The translations under genes were made by a program, and so were the position numbers. Below the pieces are notes generated by a model. That model saw only the letters and a list, made by a program, of their open reading frames with translations, searched no databases and was not told the origin of the DNA. Shown here in pieces: positions 41,298 through 53,060 of a stretch of 64,000 bases of DNA. How positions within the stretch are numbered: position 1 is the stretch's first letter; each line of letters begins with the position of its first letter. Origin of the DNA: Eledone cirrhosa (Eukaryota); assembly GCA_964016885.1 (NCBI GenBank), contig OZ024742.1:120590001-120654000 (forward strand), given 5' to 3'.

Positions 41298-41585
41298 TAC
41301 ATTGTAGGTCGCTTTAACCCGTCTTTTATTATTCAAAAATCTTCTTGCCAATAAACATTAACCCTTTGTGCACCATTCATCTAACTGTAGACCAACAAAT
41401 ACCAAGTAAACGGAGCGTTGACAAGAACGATGGCAAATGAATCTTCGAGGTAAGCAGTTTCCCCCCGAGCTGTTAGTTCACGCGGGATTCTCTGCTACAC
41501 CTTTTCGTAATAATACCGAACAACGTACTGCTGGTCACTCCTTCCTCCAAAAGCCGTACAAAGCATTTCTCTCTCTCTCTCTCTT

Positions 41586-41616
<31 letters not shown>

Positions 41617-42179
41617 TATAACAACAGATTAAAGTTTAAGCAAAGAATGATTTCCAGCCTCGGAGTTTAAGAATGATGTAAATAAAATTGAAAACGAAAA
41701 TGACAGTGGTTATTAAAATAGTAAAAATAAATAGTGAAGATTTAGGCCAGTACATACGTATGCCCCGACGGACATACACATACATACGCACACACAAATA
41801 CATACCCCCCCCCCCACCACCACACACACGAACGCACGCACACACGTGCGCACGCGTATGTATAAACCTTATGCATTTCTACAGTATTTTCACCAAACTT
41901 AAGACAGGTTACTCATGTACTCCGGATGGTCATGGACACTTTCATTTTTCCAGATATTGATTATAAGGCCTCCCGGCAGATAACCCCTTTAACCACTTCC
42001 TTGGAGTCGACTGAAGAACTGCAGCGCAATGCAACAAAACGTCATAACTTCTGGAGTTCGCACCCGATTTTCACAAAACTTGACACATGGACTACGTTTG
42101 TCCTACAGATGAATGTGAACTCTCAGAATTGGCACATATTGGGTAGGGGACCTCTGAGTATGGGTGGAGTGTTAGGATG

Positions 42180-42650
42180 TGTGAGGTGAAGGTGGTGCAA
42201 ACTAGATGTATGCTTCAACCCGTGCACAGGGGAAGGTATATCTTCTGTATTACTTTGTAAAAACTGACCTTGCACAATTGCACCTTTGATTCCCTCTTAT
42301 TCCCAGTTTCTCTCTCAGTTCATTTATACTTTGCACACTGTACCCAGGCCTCTCTACCATGCAACATTGCTGTTCATATACACGCATCATACAATCTGCC
42401 CTTTATTTTGAGGGGAAAACCTTTAGTAGCTAGCAGCGGTAGTAGCTCCCTGAGCGTTTTCCACCCTGTTCTCACTCTGGCTACTGTAATTTTAGAACAC
42501 CCACCCCCACTGCTGATTTGGTCACCCAGTTAGCAGAAGCTGTTTACTGCTTCTACAGAACCCTACAGGAATTTGATGGCTGCTCCTGTGCAATGGCCAC
42601 ATGTAAAACCTCTTGTGTACCCATAGTTTGCCTTTGGGATAGAGGGTATG
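42180..42650 (-). mobile_element. Decayed RTE fragment
   Basis: Antisense ORF 42270-42533 matches the antisense ORFs of other RTE copies. Confidence 0.8.
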
Positions 42651-42707
42651 TTTATATATAAGAGAAAAAAACAAGGAAGTTTCATTTACATATGAAAAAT
42701 ATTTATT

Positions 42708-42813
42708 GCGTATCGACCTGTTACGTGCGTTTCGCAGAGGATTGGCTCAAGGTGACCCATAAGAGTTATGGACCCAACTCCAGTATCGATCTGCTCCTCA
42801 GACTGGTGATGCG
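42708..42813 (-). ncRNA. Type-I hammerhead with large stem II insert
   Basis: Minus strand: GCATCACCAGT-CTGAGGA-GCAGA...TCTGC-GAAA-CGCACG-TA-ACAGGTCGATACGC-AATAAA. Confidence 0.7.
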
Positions 42814-42939
42814 ACAAAAGATATATTTTTACTTCACCGTACTACTTACACTATCTGTTAGACACGCAGTGACTAACAACAGAATGTTTTAAGTCTTCGT
42901 GTCTGACATATATGCGTAGCTTGTGAATTAAAAATTCAA

Positions 42940-43137
42940 GGGGTGTCGCTGGCCGTGGTGATCCCTGCCAAACATGTTTTGTAATGTATCGTCTTATTGG
43001 CTAATCAACCAATGAGAGTAATTGTTGCTCAAAAGCATCCGCCATTTTGTTTGCTCGTCTATTTATCGTTTCGCTTTCTAATCTTCCTCCTATATTTCGT
43101 CGTTTATCATCAAAATATTTTTCTCGTTTTGGTAAGT
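42940..43137 (+). promoter_or_regulatory. Candidate Pol II promoter and first exon
   Basis: Locally CpG-retaining; ATTGG 42996 and CCAAT 43009; YY1-like CCGCCATTTTG 43039; donor G|GTAAGT 43132; branch point, polyT and CAG at 43194. Confidence 0.45.
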
Positions 43138-43497
43138 TATATTGTTAATTTATATATGATTTTTTAAATTTATATTAACTATTTTTTTTTTCAGTTCGTT
43201 ACAACATGCTTATAATATTGGTTGTATCATATTTACTTGTATATTTGTCCATATTATTGTTCGTTTTATGTTAGATTATTTTATTATTATTATGTTAGAT
43301 TATTTTTTTATTATTATGTATTTGTATGTAATATTTAATTTTTATTAATTCAACTATAACAATTATTATGTAAAATATATTTATTTAATATTGATTGTTT
43401 TTTGTAGTTGTTTATATTAAAAGTCTGAAAATATTTTTTATACATCTTACAATAATATTTATAAGATCATTTATAAAATAACAATTATATAATCTAA

Positions 43498-44768
43498 CTA
43501 GCAGAAGTACCCGGCGTTGCTCGGAGTTTAATTGCTTTAAAGTACTCTTAATGATTCCACTCAATTATGATTATTGAGGCAAAGAAAGTAAATACGGGTA
43601 AGCAAGGAATGGGGGGGGGCAAACATTTCACTTGAACAGTGAATAAGTGGAAAGTGAGTACTAAGTAAGTTGTATGAAGAATGTACGTCAAATAGTAGGT
43701 CAAAGTTGTAAGCCAAGCCCGTCTGAGTTATAGCACAAAAGAGCGTAAACAGGGGTGATAATTTGGAGCACACTGGAAAATCGGACGTTCCTGAAAAAAG
43801 TTTTCTCATTAATTTTTTGTCTCATATTGCTAAAAACAAAGAAAAAAAATTACAAAAAGGACAACAATAAAATATAATGTCTTTGTTGAGATTCAAGTAA
43901 ATAAATGCTTAAGCGTCGTTATGACTACGTTTGTTGTTGTATAAATTCATCTGTTGCTTTTGAATATTTGTTATTTGATGTAAAATGTAATGGTGTAAAA
44001 TGTAATGGTCAAATACCGGTCGCTCTCCGACAGGTTTGCGGTCGTACCCCTGGCAGTGGAGATTCTGGTGTCCTCAGCCCCAGGGCTACCTCCTTACTCA
44101 CCACCATAGGCGCTGAGCTGGCCAGCCGCAGGTGTGAGCCCCGCGAGTTGGAGTGGCTTTTCCAGCGCGTCGCCCTTGCCGTCCTCCGGAGAAACGCCTT
44201 CTCCATTCTGTCCGCCGGGGCTGTGGGTGGGCCCCATAGTGTTCCGTTGTAGTTGTTGTATACAGATATTAACTCACTTAGAAAATGTTTTGAATGAAAT
44301 CTATTTAGTTTTATCGGCTTTTTAAGTTTTGTTATTTGATGCATGAGCGTCGTTATGACTATGTTTGTTGTTGTATAAATTGATGTGTTGCTTAGTTTTC
44401 AAAGTTTATGTCGCGTTCCTGAACGAAGTTTTGTCGCTGTTAGAGTTGCAGAGGAGATTGAGAGGGAAGTAGAGGGAGGGATGAACCTTTTAAAGAGAGT
44501 TGCAACATGTATGTAGTTTCATCGAATTTTGAGGGTAGTAGAGAGAGAGGGATTAAGCGTGTAAGAGAGAGGGTTACAGCATGTATTTAGTTTTATCGAT
44601 TTTTTTTCATAGAGGCAAAAAATATTTGGCAAAGTTTATTACACGTTGACCATCGTTGGTACATTTGGAGCACATTGGAAAAGAAATCATCAAAATTGGT
44701 AGAGAAATGTGGAAATGCATAAAAATCATACACACACACAGACAGACATCTTCCGTTTTATATATAGA
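43498..44768 (-). mobile_element. Non-autonomous Helitron containing a CRE-like fragment
   Basis: 3' CCGAGCAACGCCGGGTACTTCTGCTAG; 5' TCTATATA; GC-rich insert ~44015-44250. Confidence 0.75.
44055..44252 (+). pseudogene. CRE-clade RLE endonuclease C-terminus
   Basis: SGVLSPRATSLLTTIGAELA...EPRELEWLFQRVALAVLRRNAFSIL resembles the CRE consensus G..G..A....IG......DPRE..FL.QR.S.A.QRGNA..IL. Confidence 0.7.
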
Positions 44769-44854
44769 GAGATTACATTACAACGATAATTTATTATTAA
44801 TATATATCATGTTTAACTAGAGTTATTACAAGCGTTGCCTTAAAAAAATATTAA

Positions 44855-45340
44855 ACTAGACCTGGGAGCAGCGATGGGGGACAGGGAATTCTGGGGCATG
44901 AGAGTGAGATCCATCATCTCGACAGTAGTCGACGAATGATGATGATGATGAGACCTGAAAAATGCGCAAGCTCAAAAGAGCCACAGAATGTTATAATAAA
45001 CCTTCAAAAGTGTGGGACTAGAGTTGTTGCTCAAAAATATTGTAATCATTATCTATCGTACACAATTATTTAAATGAATTTATAATATAGTATTCGGTTT
45101 AAGTGCATTTCGTATTAATCATTACTAAACATCTAATATGAGATATTGAACATTAGCTTAAATAATTATCGTGTCGTCTTGAGTTCGTTATGGGTCTCTT
45201 TTTTTTATAAAAGGATGCCACCGAGTGTACGATAGATAATGATTACAATATTTTTGAGCAACAACTCTAGTCTCACACTTTTGAAGGTTTATTATAACAT
45301 TCTGTGGCTCTTTTGAGCTTGCGCATTTTTCAGGTCTAGT
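44855..45340. mobile_element. Inverted-repeat element (arms 44855/44951-45063 and 45225-45340) with a short LINE tail inserted in the left arm
   Basis: About 115-bp near-perfect arms; insert 44865-44950 ends in (GAT)n with TSD AGACCTG. Confidence 0.8.
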
Positions 45341-45577
45341 ATATATATATATATTTATTCATTTCATTTATTGATTTATTGATAATTTATCTGAGTGTCC
45401 CGAATCTTCCATATCGAACTTATCGGTTAATTGGTTGATTGTAGACATATTCTACGTGTGACGGTATTTAACGATAGTTATAGCTCTAATTTATTTGAAT
45501 TATAGAGCCCTCTGCCGCTCATCTCGAATTTTGTTTATCGTGAACTCGTGCGCCGATTTTTCGATACTTGATTATTC

Positions 45578-45616
<39 letters not shown>

Positions 45617-45624
45617 CGCATGCA

Positions 45625-45746
<122 letters not shown>

Positions 45747-46218
45747 TATAATCATCATTCACATTTTATGTCCCCATTCCATGCTTACTGCCCTAACTCA
45801 AGTGTTGGATGGGTCTTCATAGACCAAATCAGAAGTTAGGTAAAGCTACTAACCCTGCAGACAGGTTGGAGTTCTGCATCTTACTTACAAATGGACCTAC
45901 ACTCTACTGAGTGCCTTTTATTGACACCACCACTAGACAGGTTGTCATGTCTTTGACACAACAGAAAGAGCCTCCTTAACTTTCTGTAGTTGGATGTCCT
46001 TCCTATCCCCAACCACTTTACAATGTGTACTGGGTGCATTTATCAGGTAGATCACCAACACTAACACAACTGAAGGGTCTTCTTGAACTTTATTGGCATA
46101 GTTTCTACAGCAAGGAGCGCCTCCGATTGCCAACCAGCTTACAGGAAATGCTGGATGCATTTTCGTGGCTTCAACACTAGAGAGATTGTCAGTTATTATC
46201 CCATATCATATATATATA

Positions 46219-46320
46219 CTGGGTGTCACCCCAAAATGTATACACACTTTGATTACCTGTACATGCAATGTTTATTAGAATGTTGTTGAAGTATGTATAC
46301 ATTTTGGGGGGGACACTCTG
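46219..46320. mobile_element. Tc1/mariner-type MITE, ~100 bp
   Basis: TA|CTGGGTGTCACCCCAAAATGTATAC...GTATACATTTTGGGGGGGACACTCTG|TA. Confidence 0.75.
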
Positions 46321-46335
46321 TATATATGTATATGC

Positions 46336-46373
<38 letters not shown>

Positions 46374-46651
46374 TAAAGGATGATTTGTTATGTCTTCATT
46401 ACGTTTATTGAGTAGTGACGCACGTTTCACAATTGATCAGATCAAGGTTCGATCTGTATCGATCTAGCCCGACTCTTACAATCCCTAGATATAAATATAA
46501 ATATATATATATGATATATAGTAGGCGTCACTTGCCGAAAGTGCCACACTGTGGGAATAAACCCGTAACCGTGTGGCTGCGAAACCTTAATCACATAGAC
46601 ATGCCTGCACCTTTCATCATATTTTGATTAATTAATTTGAGAAAAGAATTT

Positions 46652-47028
46652 AAATAATTGTTTCTACTTTTTGGCACAAGGCCAGCAATTACCCAGTGCA
46701 TTACTGGTACTTTATTTTATCGACCCCGTAAGGATGAAAGGCAAAGTTAACCTCAGCGGGATTTGAACTCAGACCGCAAAGGGTCGTAACTCTATGCGTC
46801 AAAGCATGGCGTCCGGCCCTCTACCGATACTGCCAATCCACCGCCTATAATTGTTTCTACTTTTGGCACAAGGCCAGCAATTATCCAGTACATTACTGGT
46901 ACTTTATTTTATCGACCCCGTAAGGATCAAAGGCAAAGTTAACGTCGGCGGGATTTGAACTCAGAATGGCAAGGGCCGTAACTCTATGCGTCAAAGCATG
47001 GCGTCCGACCCTCTACCGATACTGCCAA
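46652..47028 (-). mobile_element. Head-to-tail dimer of the Meta-type SINE
   Basis: Two complete reverse-complement copies. Confidence 0.88.
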
Positions 47029-47424
47029 ATTAAATAATATAAGTAAGGAAGATGTAACACCTTTAGTGACATCCTGTAAACATTCAGTTGTACAGAATAA
47101 TATCTTAATGGAAAATTACTTCTTTGCTCTAGCTTGAAAAGTCAGATTGCTCAAGAATTATTAATACCTTTAATTTAATTTGTTCGTCAAAGATTAACAG
47201 GATAAAATTTTTCTATCTTCATTAATAATATATTACCTGTAATGAAACTATGCTTAATTAGTTTATTTTCTTCCTACAGTCATAACAAATTCATTGTTGT
47301 TTACATGTGAGCGGAGTAATAGAGACTAGGTGAACAAATTAGACTCTTTTTGTTGAGTAGATTTTAATTTCTATCTCATCACTCATGCTATAAGGTTGCA
47401 GAATGATAACAACAGTGCATGATT

Positions 47425-47546
<122 letters not shown>

Positions 47547-47689
47547 AAAGAGATGAAATCGAAAATGCAACTGGAGTCTTATTTTTTTTTTTAAATATAT
47601 ATATTTATTTGGTTCCTTTACCGATTTCGCAGTTCTTCTGCTTTTCAAAAGGTGAATTGAGATGGAGGGTCTGTGGTTTTTCTCACATC

Positions 47690-47738
<49 letters not shown>

Positions 47739-47754
47739 GCACACACACACACAC

Positions 47755-47785
<31 letters not shown>

Positions 47786-47856
47786 TATATACACACACAC
47801 ACATATATATATATACACACATACACACACACACATATATATATACATATATACAT

Positions 47857-47922
<66 letters not shown>

Positions 47923-47944
47923 TCACGTACACATATATATATAG

Positions 47945-48240
47945 ATAACGAAAGAGATGTGGTAAGGAACCAGATCGACCATAACGCACCAGAGTACTCA
48001 ATACTTAGGGTAGTAGAGCTCAAGCCGTTTCGATGGCTATTTCTGGACTCAGTCCAGAAATAGCCGTCGAAACGGCTTGAGCTCTGCCATCGGAGTTAAA
48101 CATTTCCCTATTACCCACTCTACTACCCTAAGTATTGAGTACTCTGGTGCGTTTATGGTCCATCCAGTCCAGAAATAGCCGTCGGAATGGCTTGAGCTCT
48201 GCCGCCGGGGTTAAACATTTTCCTATTCTCTTTTCCCTAT
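47945..48240. mobile_element. Fold-back element, family B (inverted tail, 73-bp palindrome, tail, partial tandem repeat)
   Basis: Palindrome AGAGCTCAAGCCGTTTCGA...TCGAAACGGCTTGAGCTCT at 48014-48086; ATTGAGTACTC tails on both strands. Confidence 0.75.
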
Positions 48241-48259
48241 CTTCCATGATAAGCTTGGG

Positions 48260-48452
48260 TTTGACAGCTTTTAAATACTGTTGATTCTTTGTGAATTTTG
48301 AGTAAGGCTTTTCACATTGGTTGATCAGATCACAGGGTGGGATTAGAGGCTGGCTGTTGCCACTGAGATCACCATGTGACGTGAATCAGCCAATGTGAAA
48401 AAGCTTTACATAGCATCCAATATGATTCAATAGTATTTAAAAGCTGTCAAAA
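48260..48452. repeat. Imperfect inverted repeat with outward-facing CCAAT and TATA-like motifs
   Basis: TTTGACAGCTTTTAAATACT/AGTATTTAAAAGCTGTCAAA and TTTTCACATTGG/CCAATGTGAAAA. Confidence 0.7.
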
Positions 48453-48555
48453 ATCTCTTAACTTCTGAATGATTAGGTGTATATTTTTCTTATTTCAGTG
48501 AAACTTGAAGTAATGTGATTCCAATTTAAACTGTTTGTACAAATATATATATAAT

Positions 48556-48742
48556 CGCGTAGGTGTTACGACAAAAAGCACCCAACACACTGTAAATGTG
48601 GTTGGCATTAGCAAGGGCATCCAGCCATAGAAAACTAGCCAGAAACTCTCCTATATGAGCGAGATATGGTCACCTGACCCAACTTGCCTCTAAATGGGAC
48701 AAACCCGTCTAACCCATGCTAGCATGGAAGATAGACATTAAT

Positions 48743-48773
<31 letters not shown>
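48556..48773 (+). mobile_element. RTE 3'UTR fragment
   Basis: Family 3'UTR plus (GAT)n; starts after a TA run. Confidence 0.85.
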
Positions 48774-49779
48774 ATGTGTGTGTGTGTGTGTGTGTGTGCG
48801 TGTATGTGTTTCTTTATTTCTCACCTGTACTGTAAATCTGGTCTAGATGGTGAGATAATCATCAGTCTATCTACGTCTGTTTTTTTTATGTTAGCATGGG
48901 TTGGTTGGGTCTTTTACAGCACAGCTTCCCTCTATTCATTGTGTTCCTTCATCATCTCCTCTGTGAGAGGTTCAGCATTTTCACATCTGCTCTACTGCAG
49001 TTCCCTTCCACTGGGAACTCCTGACAACTCTCCACTTAATGACCATCCTCCATATACATCACATGGCCATATTAGTCCAATCTTTTCACTTTCACATTAC
49101 ATTTTATTCCCCTTAAAGTATTAAAAGATATCAGTTCATGTGTTAGTGTGAAAGGTTGGAAGTACAGATTTGAATTAAATAGCAAAACATAATAGCTTTC
49201 AAAATGTCAACATTGATAAGAGGAAAGTTTTACATATAGGTATGAATATAAGTTTATTTTGAATGTCACACATGAATAATTTTGTTATAGTAAAAATGAA
49301 ACAGAATAAATATACTTTTTTATGGGAATTGGCAAAAATAAGCAATTTCCTAGAATATTCATTCTACTTAGCATATGTTTAATATGAGACTAGCTAAATG
49401 AAGTGATCTGTTCAAAATTCCATTGGTGCAAGAAAATTCAAGAATGTCTGACTCTATGCTGCCAAAGTTGCAATGACTTATAACTGCAAGCTGTGGAAGC
49501 TACAATGGCATGTGGCCTAAGTAGTTGTGCATCCACCCATGTGTTGTGTATATAACTTGATGAATATTGCTTAGTCCATGCAGAAAAATAATAGTTATGG
49601 TGTAGGTTGTGATAGTAATTGGTAAAGCTGTAAAGCAGCAAATTCTTGATATATCCTTGCCAAATGTGTGTGACTTCTTTACTAGGCTACAGTAGTTGTC
49701 AGAGTAAAGAGGCGTACAAATATGTAGCTTGAAACAAGTGATGTATCAAACGACCATATCAAGAACCATATCCGTTTAA

Positions 49780-50377
49780 CCATAAACAGGCTGTATCCTG
49801 ACAGAATTCTTTCTGTTCAAACCGGCCACTCATACTAATCTTAATGTATTGTTCTCAACATAAATAATATCAAAATTTCATAGATTCGATATTATGTGAG
49901 GTAAAGTCTTTACCAGGAAAATACAATAGTAAATATAGAGTAATGTAAACATTCTAAAGGGTTAAGATATGAAATGTTTATGTATCATGGACAAATGTGT
50001 GTGACTTCTCACCTGAGCTACAGGACTAGTTAGGTGAGTATTAGATAACTTAGTGGTGAAGTGCCAAAATAACAGAATAGATGTACTCAGCCAAGCTAAC
50101 TTGTTAAAGATACTTTACACAGGTATGAAGTTAGAATCAGTGCCCTTATAACTTAACCCTTTAGCATTTAAACCGGCCATATCCGACCAGAATTCTCTCA
50201 CTTCTTTCTGTTCAAACCGGCCATAACTGGCTGCTCATACTTGTGTTAAGGTATTGTTCTCAAAAAAATAACATCATCAAAATCTTGTAGATTCAATATT
50301 ATGTGAGATAATTATGTGAAATAGTGTTTACCATGAAAATACAACAGTAAATATAGTGTGATGTAAATGTTAAAGAG
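49780..50377 (+). mobile_element. Two piggyBac-type MITEs (49780-49961 deleted; 50157-50377)
   Basis: TTAA flanks; same internal sequence as the 13023 copy. Confidence 0.8.
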
Positions 50378-50449
50378 TTAAAAAGTTATGAAATTCACCA
50401 TACAGCTGAATAGGGGGAGGGATTGACAGTGTATACACCCCTGTCTAGA

Positions 50450-50700
50450 TGGTATGTCTCAGCAGTCCCTGGTGGACAAAATGGCGAAGGTATTGCCATG
50501 GAAAACAGCCAGTGAGGCCTGCATCATCAGCCAATTTACCTCATGGAACTTTTTCTTCAGCCAGGATGTGATCATTCCAATTCTGTGTAGGAAATCGTCA
50601 ATTTGAGTACTGAAAACACCCAAGGTCTCGACAGCCACTGGCATGAAAAGGAACATTTGTTAATCATACAGTGCTCCCCCTTCTTATAAGTGGTTTCTTT
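50450..50700 (-). pseudogene. CRE-like RLE C-terminal fragment
   Basis: FLFMPVAVETLGVF...RIG...EVNWL...SLAVFHGNTFAIL. Confidence 0.75.
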
Positions 50701-51246
50701 TTACTGCTAGGTGGACTGACCAAGCAGAAAATAAGTGCCATGGTTGTAAGACTCAGTTAGCTGGTCTATCATTATATTTCTGTCCTCTACTATTAAGTAA
50801 TAGTATCAATACCAACAGCAGTGATATCTATCAACTGCCTTTATCTCTCCAGTTTGGTAAAGGCTTATAAAATCTATGGGAGTGGCTTTTTTTCTCTCTC
50901 TCCAGACCTAACGTAATTGTAGCAACAGTTCAGGTCCACCCACTACTTATATTAGTATCAATAACATCAAGCAATATCACTAACAGCAGAAACAAATAAT
51001 GTTAACAACAACAACAGCAACCACAAGGACAATAACAACAACAACAACAACAACTACAATAACAACAACAATAACAACAACAACAACAATAACAACAACA
51101 AGAATAAAAACAACTACAATAACAACAATGACAACAAGGACAATAACAACGACAACATCAACAACATCAATAGGAACATTTTACTACAACAGCCATCATA
51201 ACCTTCCCCTGCTATCACACTGACCTTTATAGGAATTATTATTATT

Positions 51247-52080
51247 CGTCAAAGTATGGTGTCCGACCCTCTACAGATACTGCCAATCCACTATTAATAA
51301 TAATAATAATTGTTTCTACTTTTGGCACAAGGCCAGCAATTACCCAGTGCATTACTGGTACTTTATTTTATCGACCCCGTAAGGCAAAGTTAAATCCCGC
51401 CGAGGTTAACTTTGCCTTTCATCCTTACGCGGTCGATAAAATAAAGTACCAGTAATACACTGGGTAATTGCTGGCCTTGTGCCAAAAGTAGAAACAATTA
51501 TTATTATTATTAATAGTGGATTGGCAGTATCTGTAGAGGGTCGGACACCATACTTTGACGCATAGAGTTACGCCCCTTGCCATTCTGAGTTCAAATCCAG
51601 CCGAGGTTAACTTTGCCTTTCATCCTTACGGGGTCAATAAAATAAAGTACCAGTCTTGCACTGGGGTCGATTTAATCGACATTCCCCTCCCCCAAAATTG
51701 CTGGCCTTGTGCCTAAAGTAGAAACAATTACTATCATGGTGGTGGATTGGCAGTATCGGTAGAGAGTCGGACACCATGCTTTGCAGCATAGAGTTACGAC
51801 CCTTTGCGGTCTGAGTTCAAATCCCGCCGAGGTTAACTTTGCCTGTCATCCTTACGGCGGTCGATAAAATAAAGTACCAGTAATATACTGGGTAATTGCT
51901 GGCCTTGTGCCAAAAAGTAGAAACAATTATTATCATTATTATTAATATCTGAGTTCAAATCCCGTCGAGGTTAACTTTACCTTTCATCCTTACGGGGTCG
52001 ATAAAATAAAGTACCAGTAATGTACTGGGTAATTGCTGGCCTTGTGCCTAAAGTAGAAACAATTGTTAATATTATTATTA
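51247..52080 (+). mobile_element. Meta-SINE tandem array (about 4 units) with a 5' inverted segment
   Basis: 51247-51392 is the reverse complement of ~51405-51560; further head-to-tail copies joined by (ATT)n. Confidence 0.88.
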
Positions 52081-52499
52081 TTACACAGTGCAGACAATTG
52101 TATTTCTTGTTTCCACCATCGACATCTCGCTTACCAAATAAGAATCAAAATGTTTCGATTTATTTCTCTGCAGTCTTCGTTCATCTATTGATCTTTCTGA
52201 AAACAGATTGTCAAATAGTTCTAAGATTGTGTGGCAACCAGTAACAGACAACTAAGTGAAATTGGAATTGTTCTGTCTTAAACATGGTAATAGTTGTTAT
52301 ATTTATTCCAATATGTTTGTTTTGATTCAAGCGTAATGGATGTCATTAGTGTGTACTTACAAAAACTATGCTGATGACAGTTTAATAATGTTGACGCCCA
52401 AATTGATCACTAATATTCAGTTGCACATTAGCAAGATTGCTTGCAATGACTGCACAGGCAGGTGTTATGTCATATATGTATTTTTTGTTTTGCTTTTTT

Positions 52500-52533
<34 letters not shown>

Positions 52534-52669
52534 TTAATTTTTCTCTAGATAAATCCAAATTTAATATAAAATATTTCTTCTTCTTTCTTTGTTTTCATGT
52601 TTCTCTTGTTTATGGTGTTGTCAGGTAGATAGAAAACTTGGTCATCTGTTCAAAAGAGATCAGATATAT

Positions 52670-53060
52670 TACCAATACCACCTATATTATCACCACCATC
52701 ACTGCAGAAACACCATCTCCAGTACTATTACCACCATCACTACCACCACCACTGCCACCATCACCAACACTACCATTGTGGCTACAACATCACCATCACT
52801 ACCACCACTACCACTGCTACCATTGTGACTACAACAACACCATCACTACCACCACCACTGCCACCATCACCACTGCTACCATTGTGGCTACAGCAACACC
52901 ATCACCAGTACTATTACCACCACCATTGCCACCACCACCAACACTGCCATTGTGGCTACTAAAACACCATCACTGCCACCACCACTACCATTATGGCTAC
53001 AACAACACCATCACCAGTACTACCTACCACCATCACCACCACCATCATCATCACCCTCAC
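52670..53060. repeat. (CAC/TAC/CAT)n low-complexity tract with a higher-order repeat
   Basis: Seen directly; CCATTGTGGCTAC recurs. Confidence 0.9.

Noticed and set aside
46385-46490. Minus-strand GAAACGTGCGTC...AATAAA half-hammerhead
   Set aside because: No intact CUGANGA core or stem I partner; probably a truncated pLTR, not callable
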